Source: a virus
Taxonomy: Duplodnaviria > Caudoviricetes
Direction: 5' to 3' (one strand)
IMG/VR virus record: IMGVR_UViG_3300037755_000658
Coordinates: 1-41,461 of that record
Length of the DNA stretch: 41,461 nt
Within the stretch, counting starts at the first letter, position 1. Every line of letters starts with the position of its first letter. This document shows, in pieces, positions 1 to 8,005 of this stretch. The notes below the pieces were generated by a model. That model was not told the DNA's origin, did not search any database, and saw nothing but the letters and a program-made list of their open reading frames with translations. A program made the translations under genes and the position numbers.

Positions 1-194
1 CTGCGGCCACGTACGCCGCGGTGTTCCTCGGTCTGCTGCTCGCGGATGGTGCTGATCTGGTGAGCGTGTCGGCGTGGAAGGCGGCGGCTGTGGCGGCGCT
101 GCCGGCTGCGGTGACTGTTGTGAAGGGCGCTGTGGGCTCGTTCATCGGTGACTCTGCGTCGGCGGCTTGGCTGCCGCCGCGGACCCGGTCGTGA
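1..194 (+). CDS. Holin-like membrane protein, 3' part (5' end outside window)
   Basis: Frame 3 reads ...AATYAAVFLGLLLADGADLVSVSAWKAAAVAALPAAVTVVKGAVGSFIGDSASAAWLPPRTRS*, TGA 192-194; two hydrophobic helices typical of actinophage holins. Confidence 0.6.
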   Translation, partial: AATYAAVFLGLLLADGADLVSVSAWKAAAVAALPAAVTVVKGAVGSFIGDSASAAWLPPRTRS

Positions 195-209
195 TGCGGG
201 AGGCGCCTG

Positions 210-470
210 ATGGATTTGATCATCTATCTCGGTGGCGGGGCTGCCGCGCTTCTTGCGATTAGTGCGCTGGCCCGCACTCTGTGGCGGGTGAACCGGCGCA
301 TCGTGACGATTGTTGATGCGGTGCGGGAGCTGGCTCCGAACGGCGGCCGATCCATCAAGGACACGGTGACGCGGACGGAGCAGAAGCTGGGCGAGACTTC
401 CCAAGAGGTGCGCGAGTTGAAGGATCGGCTCGATAGACACCTTGCGGACAACCCCGGCCCGGGAAACTGA
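210..470 (+). CDS. Lysis-cassette membrane protein (N-terminal TM helix + coiled coil)
   Basis: GGAGG RBS upstream; follows holin; TM then ELAPNGGRSIKD and coiled coil. Confidence 0.7.
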   Translation: MDLIIYLGGGAAALLAISALARTLWRVNRRIVTIVDAVRELAPNGGRSIKDTVTRTEQKLGETSQEVRELKDRLDRHLADNPGPGN

Positions 471-483
471 AGGGGCTGCTGTT

Positions 484-699
484 GTGGTGTGGGTGTGGGC
501 TGTTCTGACGGCCAGTGTTGGGCTGCTGCTGGCGGCAGGTGCCGGGCTGGAGGCGCGGGCGTTGCTGAACCGCAAGGACGGGGACACGTACAGCGAGTGG
601 CTGCGGCCGTGGGCGAAGCGGCATCCGGCCGTGTTCCTGGGCATCGTCGGCGTGTTGGAAGCCACCATGATCTGGCTGCCTATACACATCCTGGGCTGA
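484..699 (+). CDS. Small two-TM membrane protein
   Basis: Two hydrophobic segments flanking RKDGDTYSEW; GTG start chosen from AAGGGG RBS, start uncertain. Confidence 0.6.
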   Translation: MVWVWAVLTASVGLLLAAGAGLEARALLNRKDGDTYSEWLRPWAKRHPAVFLGIVGVLEATMIWLPIHILG

Positions 700-721
700 C
701 GCCTAGGGGGATGGAGAGATC

Positions 722-907
722 GTGAAGAAGTTTCTTGCTGCCGCTGTGATGGCGGTCGGTCTGCTGGCGGTGTCTGTGGGTCCGGCTGCGGCCGGTGAGT
801 GGACGTGTCAGAACCCTTCTGGCAACACGGTGCACGGCCAGTGCCAGGGTGAGGCGCTGGTAGTCGTCAACCCGGGCGGGAATGTCCCGCCGGGTCAGAA
901 CAAGTAG
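722..907 (+). CDS. Secreted peptide precursor 1 (24-aa signal peptide + 37-aa mature peptide with 2 Cys)
   Basis: MKKFLAAAVMAVGLLAVSVGPAAA with AxA cleavage motif; GGAG RBS. Confidence 0.75.
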   Translation: MKKFLAAAVMAVGLLAVSVGPAAAGEWTCQNPSGNTVHGQCQGEALVVVNPGGNVPPGQNK

Positions 908-925
908 TCGATGGAGGTCATGATG

Positions 926-1111
926 GTGAAGAAGCTCTTTGCCGCTGTCGCGCTGATGGTGGCTGCGCTGGCGGTGTCTGTGGGTCCGGCTGTGGCGGAT
1001 CCGGGTCCGGGTGGCACTAACCCGGGGTTCGTGTGCGCTCCGGGTCAGCATGGGAACCCGCACCCCGGGTTCCGGCCGCCTGCGTGCGAGCCGGGTACCG
1101 GCTCCAAGTAG
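926..1111 (+). CDS. Secreted peptide precursor 2 (paralogous signal peptide + 37-aa mature peptide with 2 Cys)
   Basis: (M)KKLFAAVALMVAALAVSVGPAVA; GGAGG RBS at 913-917; start 923 or 926. Confidence 0.75.
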   Translation: MKKLFAAVALMVAALAVSVGPAVADPGPGGTNPGFVCAPGQHGNPHPGFRPPACEPGTGSK

Positions 1112-1124
1112 CACAGCGCGACTG

Positions 1125-1156
1125 CGCCCCGTCCTCCTTAACGGGAGGGCGGGGCG
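1125..1156. terminator. Hairpin between convergent genes, probable bidirectional terminator
   Basis: CGCCCCGTCCTCC...GGAGGGCGGGGCG, 13-bp stem with one G-U pair. Confidence 0.7.
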
Positions 1157-1185
1157 TCTCATCTGTTCGGGTGCCCGATCCTGGA

Positions 1186-1548
1186 TTATGCGGGCTCGAG
1201 CTGCACGCTGAGCTCTTCATAGCAGGTGCCTGCCGGGCGCGACCCGCGCCAGTCGGGCGTGCAGCCGCCAGCGGTGTGGATTGCGGAGCGGAGCACAGAT
1301 CCGCCGATGCCGAGTGCATCCGGACCATGGCCGTTGACGACGAGTTCGACCTCGACAAGTACCTTGGGGAACGCGGAGAAGTCTGCGGACAGGGCCGGGT
1401 CATGTACGTCGAGGTTGCAGGCGTCCAGCTTGATGAGTGCTTCCATGACCTGGTCCAAGTGCTGTTCAAGCCGAGTACGGCCGTCCTCTTCGCTGGGAGC
1501 CTCCTGCGCAGAGACTGTCAGGAGCCACTTGATGGTGGTCTGCATCAT
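1186..1548 (-). CDS. Putative antitoxin (HicB-like, no obvious C-terminal HTH)
   Basis: Acidic 120-aa protein, ATGA-coupled to upstream small basic ORF. Confidence 0.5.
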   Translation of the reverse strand: MMQTTIKWLLTVSAQEAPSEEDGRTRLEQHLDQVMEALIKLDACNLDVHDPALSADFSAFPKVLVEVELVVNGHGPDALGIGGSVLRSAIHTAGGCTPDWRGSRPAGTCYEELSVQLEPA

Positions 1549-1775
1549 CCCTCTTCTCCCTTCCAGCATGGTTGGCGCTCGAACCACTTACGTAGGTTCA
1601 GCAGGTAGTTCGCTCCACTCGGCGTTAGGTGCACCCATCGCTTGTGATCGCCACAGGGGCAGAGACACTTGAAGTAAGGACTACCTTTCTTTACTTCCCA
1701 TCCGGCGGACTCGGCAGTCGCCAGAACCTTCCGGATTTCCTTATTAGGATGCTTTGCACTCTCTCCCACTGCCAC
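1545..1775 (-). CDS. HicA-like small basic toxin
   Basis: HPNKEIRKVLATAESAGWEVKKGS...VHLTPS pattern fits the HicA alpha-beta-beta-beta-alpha layout; lower GC than flanks. Confidence 0.55.
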   Translation of the reverse strand: MAVGESAKHPNKEIRKVLATAESAGWEVKKGSPYFKCLCPCGDHKRWVHLTPSGANYLLNLRKWFERQPCWKGEEG

Positions 1776-2152
1776 CTGACCACGCTGTGCAGGCCGCGGT
1801 CCCAGACGGTACCCGGCATAGATAACGAAACGGTGGTGCTGCGGTGAGTCAGACTAGGCCACTCAGCGTGATCACTTCATCTATTCACTCTTATGGGTGA
1901 TCGCCCTAGAGCCGTTCGCAGGCATCCACACTGTCGCCTGTGACCACCGCGCTGCGTCCCCTGCCCGGCCACGAGGGCCGTGCGGGGTGCACCACGTGCG
2001 TCCGGGGTCAGGCTGCAGGTCCGTGCCGGTCTGTGCGGGCGCCGCGGCCGGGACGAGAGGCCCTGGCGGCACGGACCTGCTCGGGGTCGTAGAGGCTGGC
2101 GACTGCGCGCCCTGTCTGGCCTTCGAGCCGGGCAGGGGGCGCTTTCGTGCGT

Positions 2153-2674
2153 TCAGGCCTGGCGCGCGGCGCCCTCCGGCCAAACCACGTCGACCGGCAG
2201 GCCCGCCTCTCGGGCAGCGAGAACAACGTCTGCGGTGCCGCCGCCTTTACCGCTCGGCGGTTCCCCGTTCCACACCGCTACGACCCGGTCAGCCCGCTCC
2301 AGCAGCGTCATGTTCGCAGCCTCGTACGCCTCGCGGTTCGCCATCTCGTACGGCATGACGAGCACCTCGTCCGCACACCCCACGAGCCGGTCGAATACCG
2401 GTGCATGGTCGGGCTTCACCTTCGCCTGCCGGTAGTCCCGGGATGGGAGGACAACGACCAGTCGGCCGCCAGCAGCGAGCAGCTCCTCGGCGAAGAGCGA
2501 GTCCGAGCCCCTGGCGATACAAGACAGGCCCACCAGTTCGTCGCTGGCGTACCGGGTCAACGTCTCCCGCAGGCCTGCGCGCACGAGCTCCACGCTGCCG
2601 TCGGTGAGATCCATATGCCCGGTCACCGCGATCGTCGTCTGCCTGGCGGTGGTGGGGTCGGGTGCTGTGGTCAT
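2153..2674 (-). CDS. SLOG-superfamily (YspA/Smf-DprA-like) nucleotide-binding protein
   Basis: IAVTGH, SCIARGSDSLFA, AYEAAN, VAVWNG and GGTADVV motifs. Confidence 0.8.
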   Translation of the reverse strand: MTTAPDPTTARQTTIAVTGHMDLTDGSVELVRAGLRETLTRYASDELVGLSCIARGSDSLFAEELLAAGGRLVVVLPSRDYRQAKVKPDHAPVFDRLVGCADEVLVMPYEMANREAYEAANMTLLERADRVVAVWNGEPPSGKGGGTADVVLAAREAGLPVDVVWPEGAARQA

Positions 2675-2874
2675 GGGCGTCTTCCTGGTCTTGAGGTGGC
2701 CGATGGTGATGCGGTGGGCGAGGGAGGAGGCGTTGATGACCCAGCGGCCAGCCTGCTTGACGGCGGCGACGGCTCCGACCCCCACCGAGTGGATGAGGGC
2801 CGACAGGGCCACATGACACTGGCCCTGCCCCGTAGCCTGAAGATGCGACTCGACGGGCCGAACGGAGCAGGGCC

Positions 2875-4029
2875 ATGCCACACCAGCGTACCGAAGGACA
2901 GCCCGACCCATTGGGCACAGTGATCCGCGAACTACGCGAGGAACTGGGCTGGTCCCAATCCCGCCTCGCGGACGAAATCTGCAAGATCTCTGGGCGAGCC
3001 ACCATCACCCGCTGCGATGTCAGCCGCTGGGAACGCGGCAAGCGCCGCCCCCGCCCGGTCATGCTGCGGGACCTGGCCGCCGCCTTGCAGGTACCCGTAC
3101 AGCTTCTGGAGAGCGCCACCGTGGAACGCCGTGCCTTCCTCACTGACCTCGCAGCCACTGCTATCGCGCCCGTCGCGGCGAGCGACCTGGTCCAGTCCGG
3201 ATTCGCCGCCGCCTTGAAGGGAACCGCACCCAGCGTGGACGAGTGGCAGGCCAAGCTCGCCGCCTACGGGCACGACTACATGAGTTTGGGCGCCGCCGAT
3301 ATCCAGCGCAGACTCGCCGGCGAACTGGTACTGCTCCAACGGCAGGTCGACCGCCCCGAACTGTGGGCTGTCGCCTCGAAGTTGATGACGTTATACGCCA
3401 AGACGTTCCCCGGGGCGGATGGTGCGAGGGCGGTTGGCTGGTATCGGATGGCGGCTGAGTCAGCAGACCGGTCCGGGGATAAAGACTCGCGCACGTGGGT
3501 ACGGGGACGGGCGGTGATTGCCCTGGGCTACGAGGGCGCGTCCCTGCCGATCGCTGACCAGCTGGCGACGCAGGCCATCGCCATCGATGACCGGCCGTCC
3601 TTGGGCCGGTTGAACGCCATCATGGGGAAGGCGCATGTTGCTGCGCTTCGGGGGGAGCGGCGCGCAGCGTTTGAATTGGCGGATGAGGGCCGCCGGGTCT
3701 TTGACGCTTCCGGCTCAGATGAGCAGGAGTCCGACTATGCGGTGCCATGGTGGCGCATGAATGTGTTCCTGTCGCTGATGTATGCCCGCTTGGGTGAGGA
3801 GCGCAGAGCGGTCGAGGCGCAGGAGGCTGCTGCGAGTGCTCTGCCGCCCACATTGCCGCGCTTCGTCACCCACTTGGAGCTGCACCGCGGTCTGATGATG
3901 GCGAGGTCGGGAGATCGCGTCGGCGGGGCGAGGTATGCGCGTACGGCGCTGGAGAAGCTTCCGCCGGAAAAGCACTCTCTGACGCTGCGGATGCTTCTCA
4001 GCGAGATCGAGAACACTAAGACCGTGTAA
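2875..4029 (+). CDS. XRE-family HTH regulator with helical TPR-like C-terminal domain
   Basis: IRELREELGWSQSRLA...VSRWERGKRRP HTH followed by ~300 aa alanine-rich helical region. Confidence 0.85.
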   Translation: MPHQRTEGQPDPLGTVIRELREELGWSQSRLADEICKISGRATITRCDVSRWERGKRRPRPVMLRDLAAALQVPVQLLESATVERRAFLTDLAATAIAPVAASDLVQSGFAAALKGTAPSVDEWQAKLAAYGHDYMSLGAADIQRRLAGELVLLQRQVDRPELWAVASKLMTLYAKTFPGADGARAVGWYRMAAESADRSGDKDSRTWVRGRAVIALGYEGASLPIADQLATQAIAIDDRPSLGRLNAIMGKAHVAALRGERRAAFELADEGRRVFDASGSDEQESDYAVPWWRMNVFLSLMYARLGEERRAVEAQEAAASALPPTLPRFVTHLELHRGLMMARSGDRVGGARYARTALEKLPPEKHSLTLRMLLSEIENTKTV

Positions 4030-4091
4030 GGGCTATTGGCCTACAGTCTGGCTCCTCCATGCACCCTTCCGCAGGCTGGACGCTGTGACGC

Positions 4092-4274
4092 ATGACACAC
4101 CAGTGGGGAAAGGCCAAGCCCACAAGCCAGCGTATGACGCTGCGTGTGAGCCGTGATGGCGGGCGCACGTGGGGGCCGCGCCAGACCGTCCCGGCGGTTC
4201 CCGAACGCGTGCCGCTGTCGTCCGCCCTGCCGCCGTGCCAGTGCCCGCGGCACAGGGCGGGGGCCGACCGGTGA
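4092..4274 (+). CDS. Small hypothetical protein (CxC..H C-terminus)
   Basis: First of four coupled small ORFs; GTGA overlap with next. Confidence 0.55.
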   Translation: MTHQWGKAKPTSQRMTLRVSRDGGRTWGPRQTVPAVPERVPLSSALPPCQCPRHRAGADR

Positions 4275-4456
4275 CTGCCATGGACCCGCCCGCGCACCCC
4301 CAGCAGCCCGACCCAGTGCCGGGCTGCGGCGTGTGCGCGGCCCTCGCCCGGCAGCGAGCCGAGGCCACCACCGCCGGGGACCACTCCCGCGCGACGGACT
4401 GCAGCGTCGAGATCCGCAATCACCCCAACGGGCACGGGCGGGAGGGGTTGTCATGA
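4271..4456 (+). CDS. Small CxxC protein
   Basis: PGCGVCAAL...DCSVEIRNH; GTGA and ATGA overlaps on both sides. Confidence 0.65.
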   Translation: MTAMDPPAHPQQPDPVPGCGVCAALARQRAEATTAGDHSRATDCSVEIRNHPNGHGREGLS

Positions 4457-4632
4457 GCCGCATCATGCACCGGGCATGCGTCTCCCTCGAGGGCCGTGCA
4501 CAGGAGGCGTGGCGCGCCTACCTCGACCACGCCACCGCATGCGACGCCTGCCGCGAGGTAGAGGCCGGATGCGAGAAGGGCAAGGAGCTGCGGCATGCGT
4601 GGCGCAGCTCCCGTGGAGAGGCGGGGCGATGA
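4453..4632 (+). CDS. Small H-x3-CxxC-x6-C protein
   Basis: YLDHATACDACREVEAGC; ATGA overlaps; GGAGG RBS. Confidence 0.65.
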   Translation: MSRIMHRACVSLEGRAQEAWRAYLDHATACDACREVEAGCEKGKELRHAWRSSRGEAGR

Positions 4633-4847
4633 CCCGCTGCCCCCACTGCCAGCGCCCGGTGCGCCCCGAAGATCTCCAGACCGTGGAACAACCCGGGGCG
4701 AGCGGCCTGGGCTGGTCCTGGGACGGCTGCACACACTGCGCCGACGAGCCCCCAGGCGGCGAGGAGACGCGGGAGAGGGCGGAGCGGATGGCCCGCTACT
4801 TCGATCACATCCGCGCACGCCGTGCCCCGGGCGGCTGGCTGCGCTGA
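4629..4847 (+). CDS. Small zinc-finger protein (CxxC...CxxC)
   Basis: CPHC...CTHC; ATGA overlap. Confidence 0.65.
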   Translation: MTRCPHCQRPVRPEDLQTVEQPGASGLGWSWDGCTHCADEPPGGEETRERAERMARYFDHIRARRAPGGWLR

Positions 4848-5009
4848 AAAGCCGGTCCGCCGTGGGGTGACGCACGTCTCCACAGGCGGCCCCGCAAGCC
4901 CCGCCCCGGCCACGCCGACAGGGGTGCTGGCCGGCCGGGGCGGGACAGCAAGCGCACGACGGCGCGCGGGAAGGTCCCGCCGCCGACACGGCACGGGAAG
5001 GATCACGTA

Positions 5010-5225
5010 ATGGATCAGCTCCCCGAGTTCGAGTTCCTAGGAATGGCGGCTTGCCGTCCTCGCCCCCCGGAGGTCCCGAACTGCCCGCAGGTTGCGACCA
5101 ACGTCCCTGGTGTGGTGGCGTTCCGGGACAGCGAGCGACCGGAAATCGTCGTTACCATGACTCCAGCGTCCTGGTCAGCGTTCACCGACGCCGTCAAGGC
5201 CGGGGAGTTCGATCTCTCCGCCTGA
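5010..5225 (+). CDS. DUF397 family protein
   Basis: NCPQVA...VAFRDS..P...SWSAFTDAVKAGEF signature. Confidence 0.85.
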   Translation: MDQLPEFEFLGMAACRPRPPEVPNCPQVATNVPGVVAFRDSERPEIVVTMTPASWSAFTDAVKAGEFDLSA

Positions 5226-5240
5226 CCTGAGAGGCCTGTC

Positions 5241-5423
5241 ATGCAGAAGTGCCCGTGGTGCAAGGCTGAGAGTGAGCCGGATCCTGAGAGCGGATGGCGC
5301 TTCTGCTTCAGCTGCGGCCAGTTCTTCGGCCCCCCGAACCCTCCGGGGTGTCCGGGGCTCGAGCAGTGGCGCAACAGGGCCACGCAGACGCCTTACCGCC
5401 CCCGCAAACACTGGGGGCTCTGA
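5241..5423 (+). CDS. Small zinc-ribbon protein
   Basis: CPWC...CFSC; GAGAGG RBS. Confidence 0.55.
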   Translation: MQKCPWCKAESEPDPESGWRFCFSCGQFFGPPNPPGCPGLEQWRNRATQTPYRPRKHWGL

Positions 5424-5435
5424 GGCATCCAGAAA

Positions 5436-5474
5436 GCCCCGTCCGTCCGCGCCCCCGTCGCGGACGGACGGGGC
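5436..5474 (+). terminator. Intrinsic terminator hairpin upstream of attP
   Basis: Perfect 16-bp stem GCCCCGTCCGTCCGCG / CGCGGACGGACGGGGC. Confidence 0.8.
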
Positions 5475-5507
5475 CTCTTCATGTGCCGGGTGCTGAGCAC
5501 GGTCAGT

Positions 5508-5563
5508 AGTGTTGGTGTCTAATTCGCAGTAAGGTCCCTGACTAGGAATCAGGCACCTACACT
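5508..5563. other. attP: Putative attP of the serine integrase, central dinucleotide TC at 5535-5536
   Basis: Two 27-nt arms form an imperfect inverted repeat (21/27 identical) around TC, AT-rich, 8 nt upstream of the integrase ORF. Confidence 0.75.
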
Positions 5564-5571
5564 TAACCGTC

Positions 5572-7053
5572 ATGACGATGACCATGCCGAAGCGCGCCGG
5601 GGTGTATTGCAGACTGTCCTACGCCCCCGATGGCTCGGTGGAGAAGGTAGAGCGGCAGGAGGCTGATTGCCGCCAGCTCGCCCAGCGGCTGGGCTGGCCG
5701 GTCTCCGAGGCCCACATCTATCCCGACAACTCCCGCTCGGCGTGGCAGCGCAACCGTAATCGGCCCCAATGGGACCGGATGCTCAAGGCGGTCGACCGCG
5801 GTGAGATCGACGCCATCATCGTCTACCACGGCGACCGGCTGATCCGGCAGCCGCATGATCTCGAGATGCTGATCAGCATCGCGGACAGCAAGGGTGTCCG
5901 CATCGCATCGCCCTCGGGTACCCGCGACCTGGACAACGCCGATGACCGGTTCATTCTGCGGATCGAGGCGGCGCAGGCCTGCCGCGAGTCGGACAACATC
6001 TCCCGCCGCGTGCGGCGCACCATGAAGGCGCGGCGGGAGCGCGGCCTGACGCAGGCCGGCGGTAACCGGCCGTTCGGGTACGGCGTGCAGACCGGCACGC
6101 GCACCAAGGTCGATCGGGAGACCGGCGAGATGATCGAGGTCCCCGTCTACGACACCACCCAGCAGGTGCTGCAGGAGGCCAAGTATCTGGCTGAGGCCGG
6201 CGACCGGCTGCTGGCTGGGCAAAGCCAGGCCGGTGTCGTGCGCTGGCTGGGAGAGGAGAGTGTCGTCACCACCGAGGGCAATCCGTTCACGGTCAAGAGC
6301 CTGCGGAACCTGATGCTGGCCCCCCGCAACGCGGGCCTGATCGAGCACGAGGGCCAATTGCACGAGGCGGCCTGGGAGGAGATCTTCTCTCGCGAGACGT
6401 GGGAGGACATCAAGAGGATCTATGCGAGCAGCGCCGAGGAGCACCCGTACCAGGGGCGGCAGCGCAAGTACCTGCTCTCCGGGGCTCAGGGTGCGGAGTG
6501 CGTGATGTGCAGGGTCCCGGTCCGTACGAAGCCGACCGGTGGCCGTAACCGGAAGTCCTCGCGCATCTACTACTGCCCGAAGTGCCGCGGCGTGGGCCGG
6601 AACGTGGAGCTGCTCGACGCCTACGTGGAGGGCCGCACGGTGCAGCTCCTGAACGACGCGCGGTTCTCGGCTGAGATCCACCGGGACGACGACCAGCCCG
6701 ACATCGGCAAGGAGATCACCAAGCTGGAGCGCCGTAAGAAGGAAGTCCGCGAGCAGCTGGAGAACTTGGCCGACCATCCCGATGTCGATGCCGCACTGGC
6801 CATGACGTCGCTCGCCAGCTTCGACCGGAAGATCGACGGACTGCGCAATCAGCTGGTCCTGTCCGCGCGTCGCCGGCGGCTCGCGCGGATGGTCGGCATC
6901 ACGCGCGAGCACTGGGAGGCTGAGCCCATCGACATACGGTCCGCGACCGTACGGGACCTGTGGCGAGTCGTCCTCAAGCCGACCGCGCAGCGCGGCCCCG
7001 GGTTCGACACCAGCGCGGTGGAGCTGCACCGCCGACCGCTATCGGCACAGTAG
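5572..7053 (+). CDS. int: Large serine recombinase (phage integrase)
   Basis: YCRLS catalytic Ser motif, DRL.R, recombinase domain with PFGY, Zn ribbon CVMC...CPKC, coiled coil; start may be 5578 or 5584. Confidence 0.95.
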   Translation: MTMTMPKRAGVYCRLSYAPDGSVEKVERQEADCRQLAQRLGWPVSEAHIYPDNSRSAWQRNRNRPQWDRMLKAVDRGEIDAIIVYHGDRLIRQPHDLEMLISIADSKGVRIASPSGTRDLDNADDRFILRIEAAQACRESDNISRRVRRTMKARRERGLTQAGGNRPFGYGVQTGTRTKVDRETGEMIEVPVYDTTQQVLQEAKYLAEAGDRLLAGQSQAGVVRWLGEESVVTTEGNPFTVKSLRNLMLAPRNAGLIEHEGQLHEAAWEEIFSRETWEDIKRIYASSAEEHPYQGRQRKYLLSGAQGAECVMCRVPVRTKPTGGRNRKSSRIYYCPKCRGVGRNVELLDAYVEGRTVQLLNDARFSAEIHRDDDQPDIGKEITKLERRKKEVREQLENLADHPDVDAALAMTSLASFDRKIDGLRNQLVLSARRRRLARMVGITREHWEAEPIDIRSATVRDLWRVVLKPTAQRGPGFDTSAVELHRRPLSAQ

Positions 7054-7070
7054 GACGGCGTCCAGGTCAT

Positions 7071-7106
7071 GGCCCCGGTGTGTGTGCAGCAGCGCACGCC
7101 GGGGCC
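7071..7106. terminator. Terminator hairpin after integrase
   Basis: GGCCCCGGTGTG...CACGCCGGGGCC followed by GCTCTTTG. Confidence 0.65.
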
Positions 7107-7129
7107 GCTCTTTGTGCCTGGTGGTGCAG

Positions 7130-7265
7130 GTCCGGCCCGCGCGCGCGAGGCGAGCAGTTGTGCGCGACTTAACCTCTTATTACGAGAGGCGTCCGGCCCG
7201 CGCGCGCGAGGACTGACCCCATCTTGAACGTGACAGCCCTACGTTCAAGCAAGTCCGGCCCGCGC
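7130..7265. repeat. Three direct repeats with 61/62-nt period, resembling type I-E CRISPR repeats (mini-array-like)
   Basis: GTCCGGCCCGCGCGCGCGAGG at 7130 and 7191 (21 nt identical); partial GTCCGGCCCGCGC at 7253; unrelated intervening sequences. Confidence 0.6.
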
Positions 7266-7267
7266 AG

Positions 7268-7912
7268 CTACGGCCCGCCTTGGCTGTGGGCGTCCTTGTT
7301 GACGAGCCCGGGTGGGGGCGCCTCATCGGTGCCGCGTCCCGACCGCCGCGGCTCAGCTACCGGGCTGTCCAGTACGGTCAGCTCGCGGGTAGTGATGGTC
7401 GGCTTGCCGGATCCTGCCTGACCGGTCGGCCGGGCCTCCTCGATAGGCCGGCCTGCATCCCTGTCAGCCTGGCCGGGACTGGTCGGCTGCGGCGGCGCCG
7501 GGCTGTGCGTCACCATAACTGTGGGCGTGGGGATGAACTCCTCGCCGCCGTCCCCTCCTTGCTGCGCTGCTGTGCCGCCTTCCAGAACGAGATACAGCAG
7601 CATGGGCGCCGCAGTGGAGGTCGCCATGGCGGCGACGGTCGCTGACCGGTGCTGCTGCCAGTAGCTCCGCATCCCCCCACCGATCGCAGCGATCAGAGCG
7701 GCGACTGCACCACCCTGGATCACCCGGAACACCGGGCGCCTCTGCTCCTCCTCCTCGGCCGCCTGGTGCTCAGCTCGCGCGACGTCCACCGCCCGCTCGA
7801 CGACATCGAGTAACTGCTCCCGCCGATCGGACTCCGTCTCCTGCCGCGCGATCTGCAGAGCCTGGTCGATCGCCGCGAGCTGGTCGCCTATCGTCCTGAG
7901 ACGTTCCGTCAC
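7268..7912 (-). CDS. Membrane protein in the repressor operon (possible superinfection exclusion)
   Basis: Coiled coil, hydrophobic segments, Pro/Thr-rich tail; GTG with GAAGGGG RBS; directly downstream of repressor. Confidence 0.6.
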   Translation of the reverse strand: MTERLRTIGDQLAAIDQALQIARQETESDRREQLLDVVERAVDVARAEHQAAEEEEQRRPVFRVIQGGAVAALIAAIGGGMRSYWQQHRSATVAAMATSTAAPMLLYLVLEGGTAAQQGGDGGEEFIPTPTVMVTHSPAPPQPTSPGQADRDAGRPIEEARPTGQAGSGKPTITTRELTVLDSPVAEPRRSGRGTDEAPPPGLVNKDAHSQGGP

Positions 7913-8005
7913 GTCCGCCCCTTCGCTTCCTCGCCATTGAAGAAGGGGGTGCTGCCGCGGTGGCGTACCCGCGGCCTTCTGTCCCACTGTCGGCGCGGTA
8001 GCGAG

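Noticed and set aside
722-4029. Canonical arbitrium (aimR-aimP-aimX) locus
   Set aside because: Peptides are not adjacent to the TPR gene, and mature parts are 37 aa with Cys rather than short C-terminal peptides; kept only as an analogy
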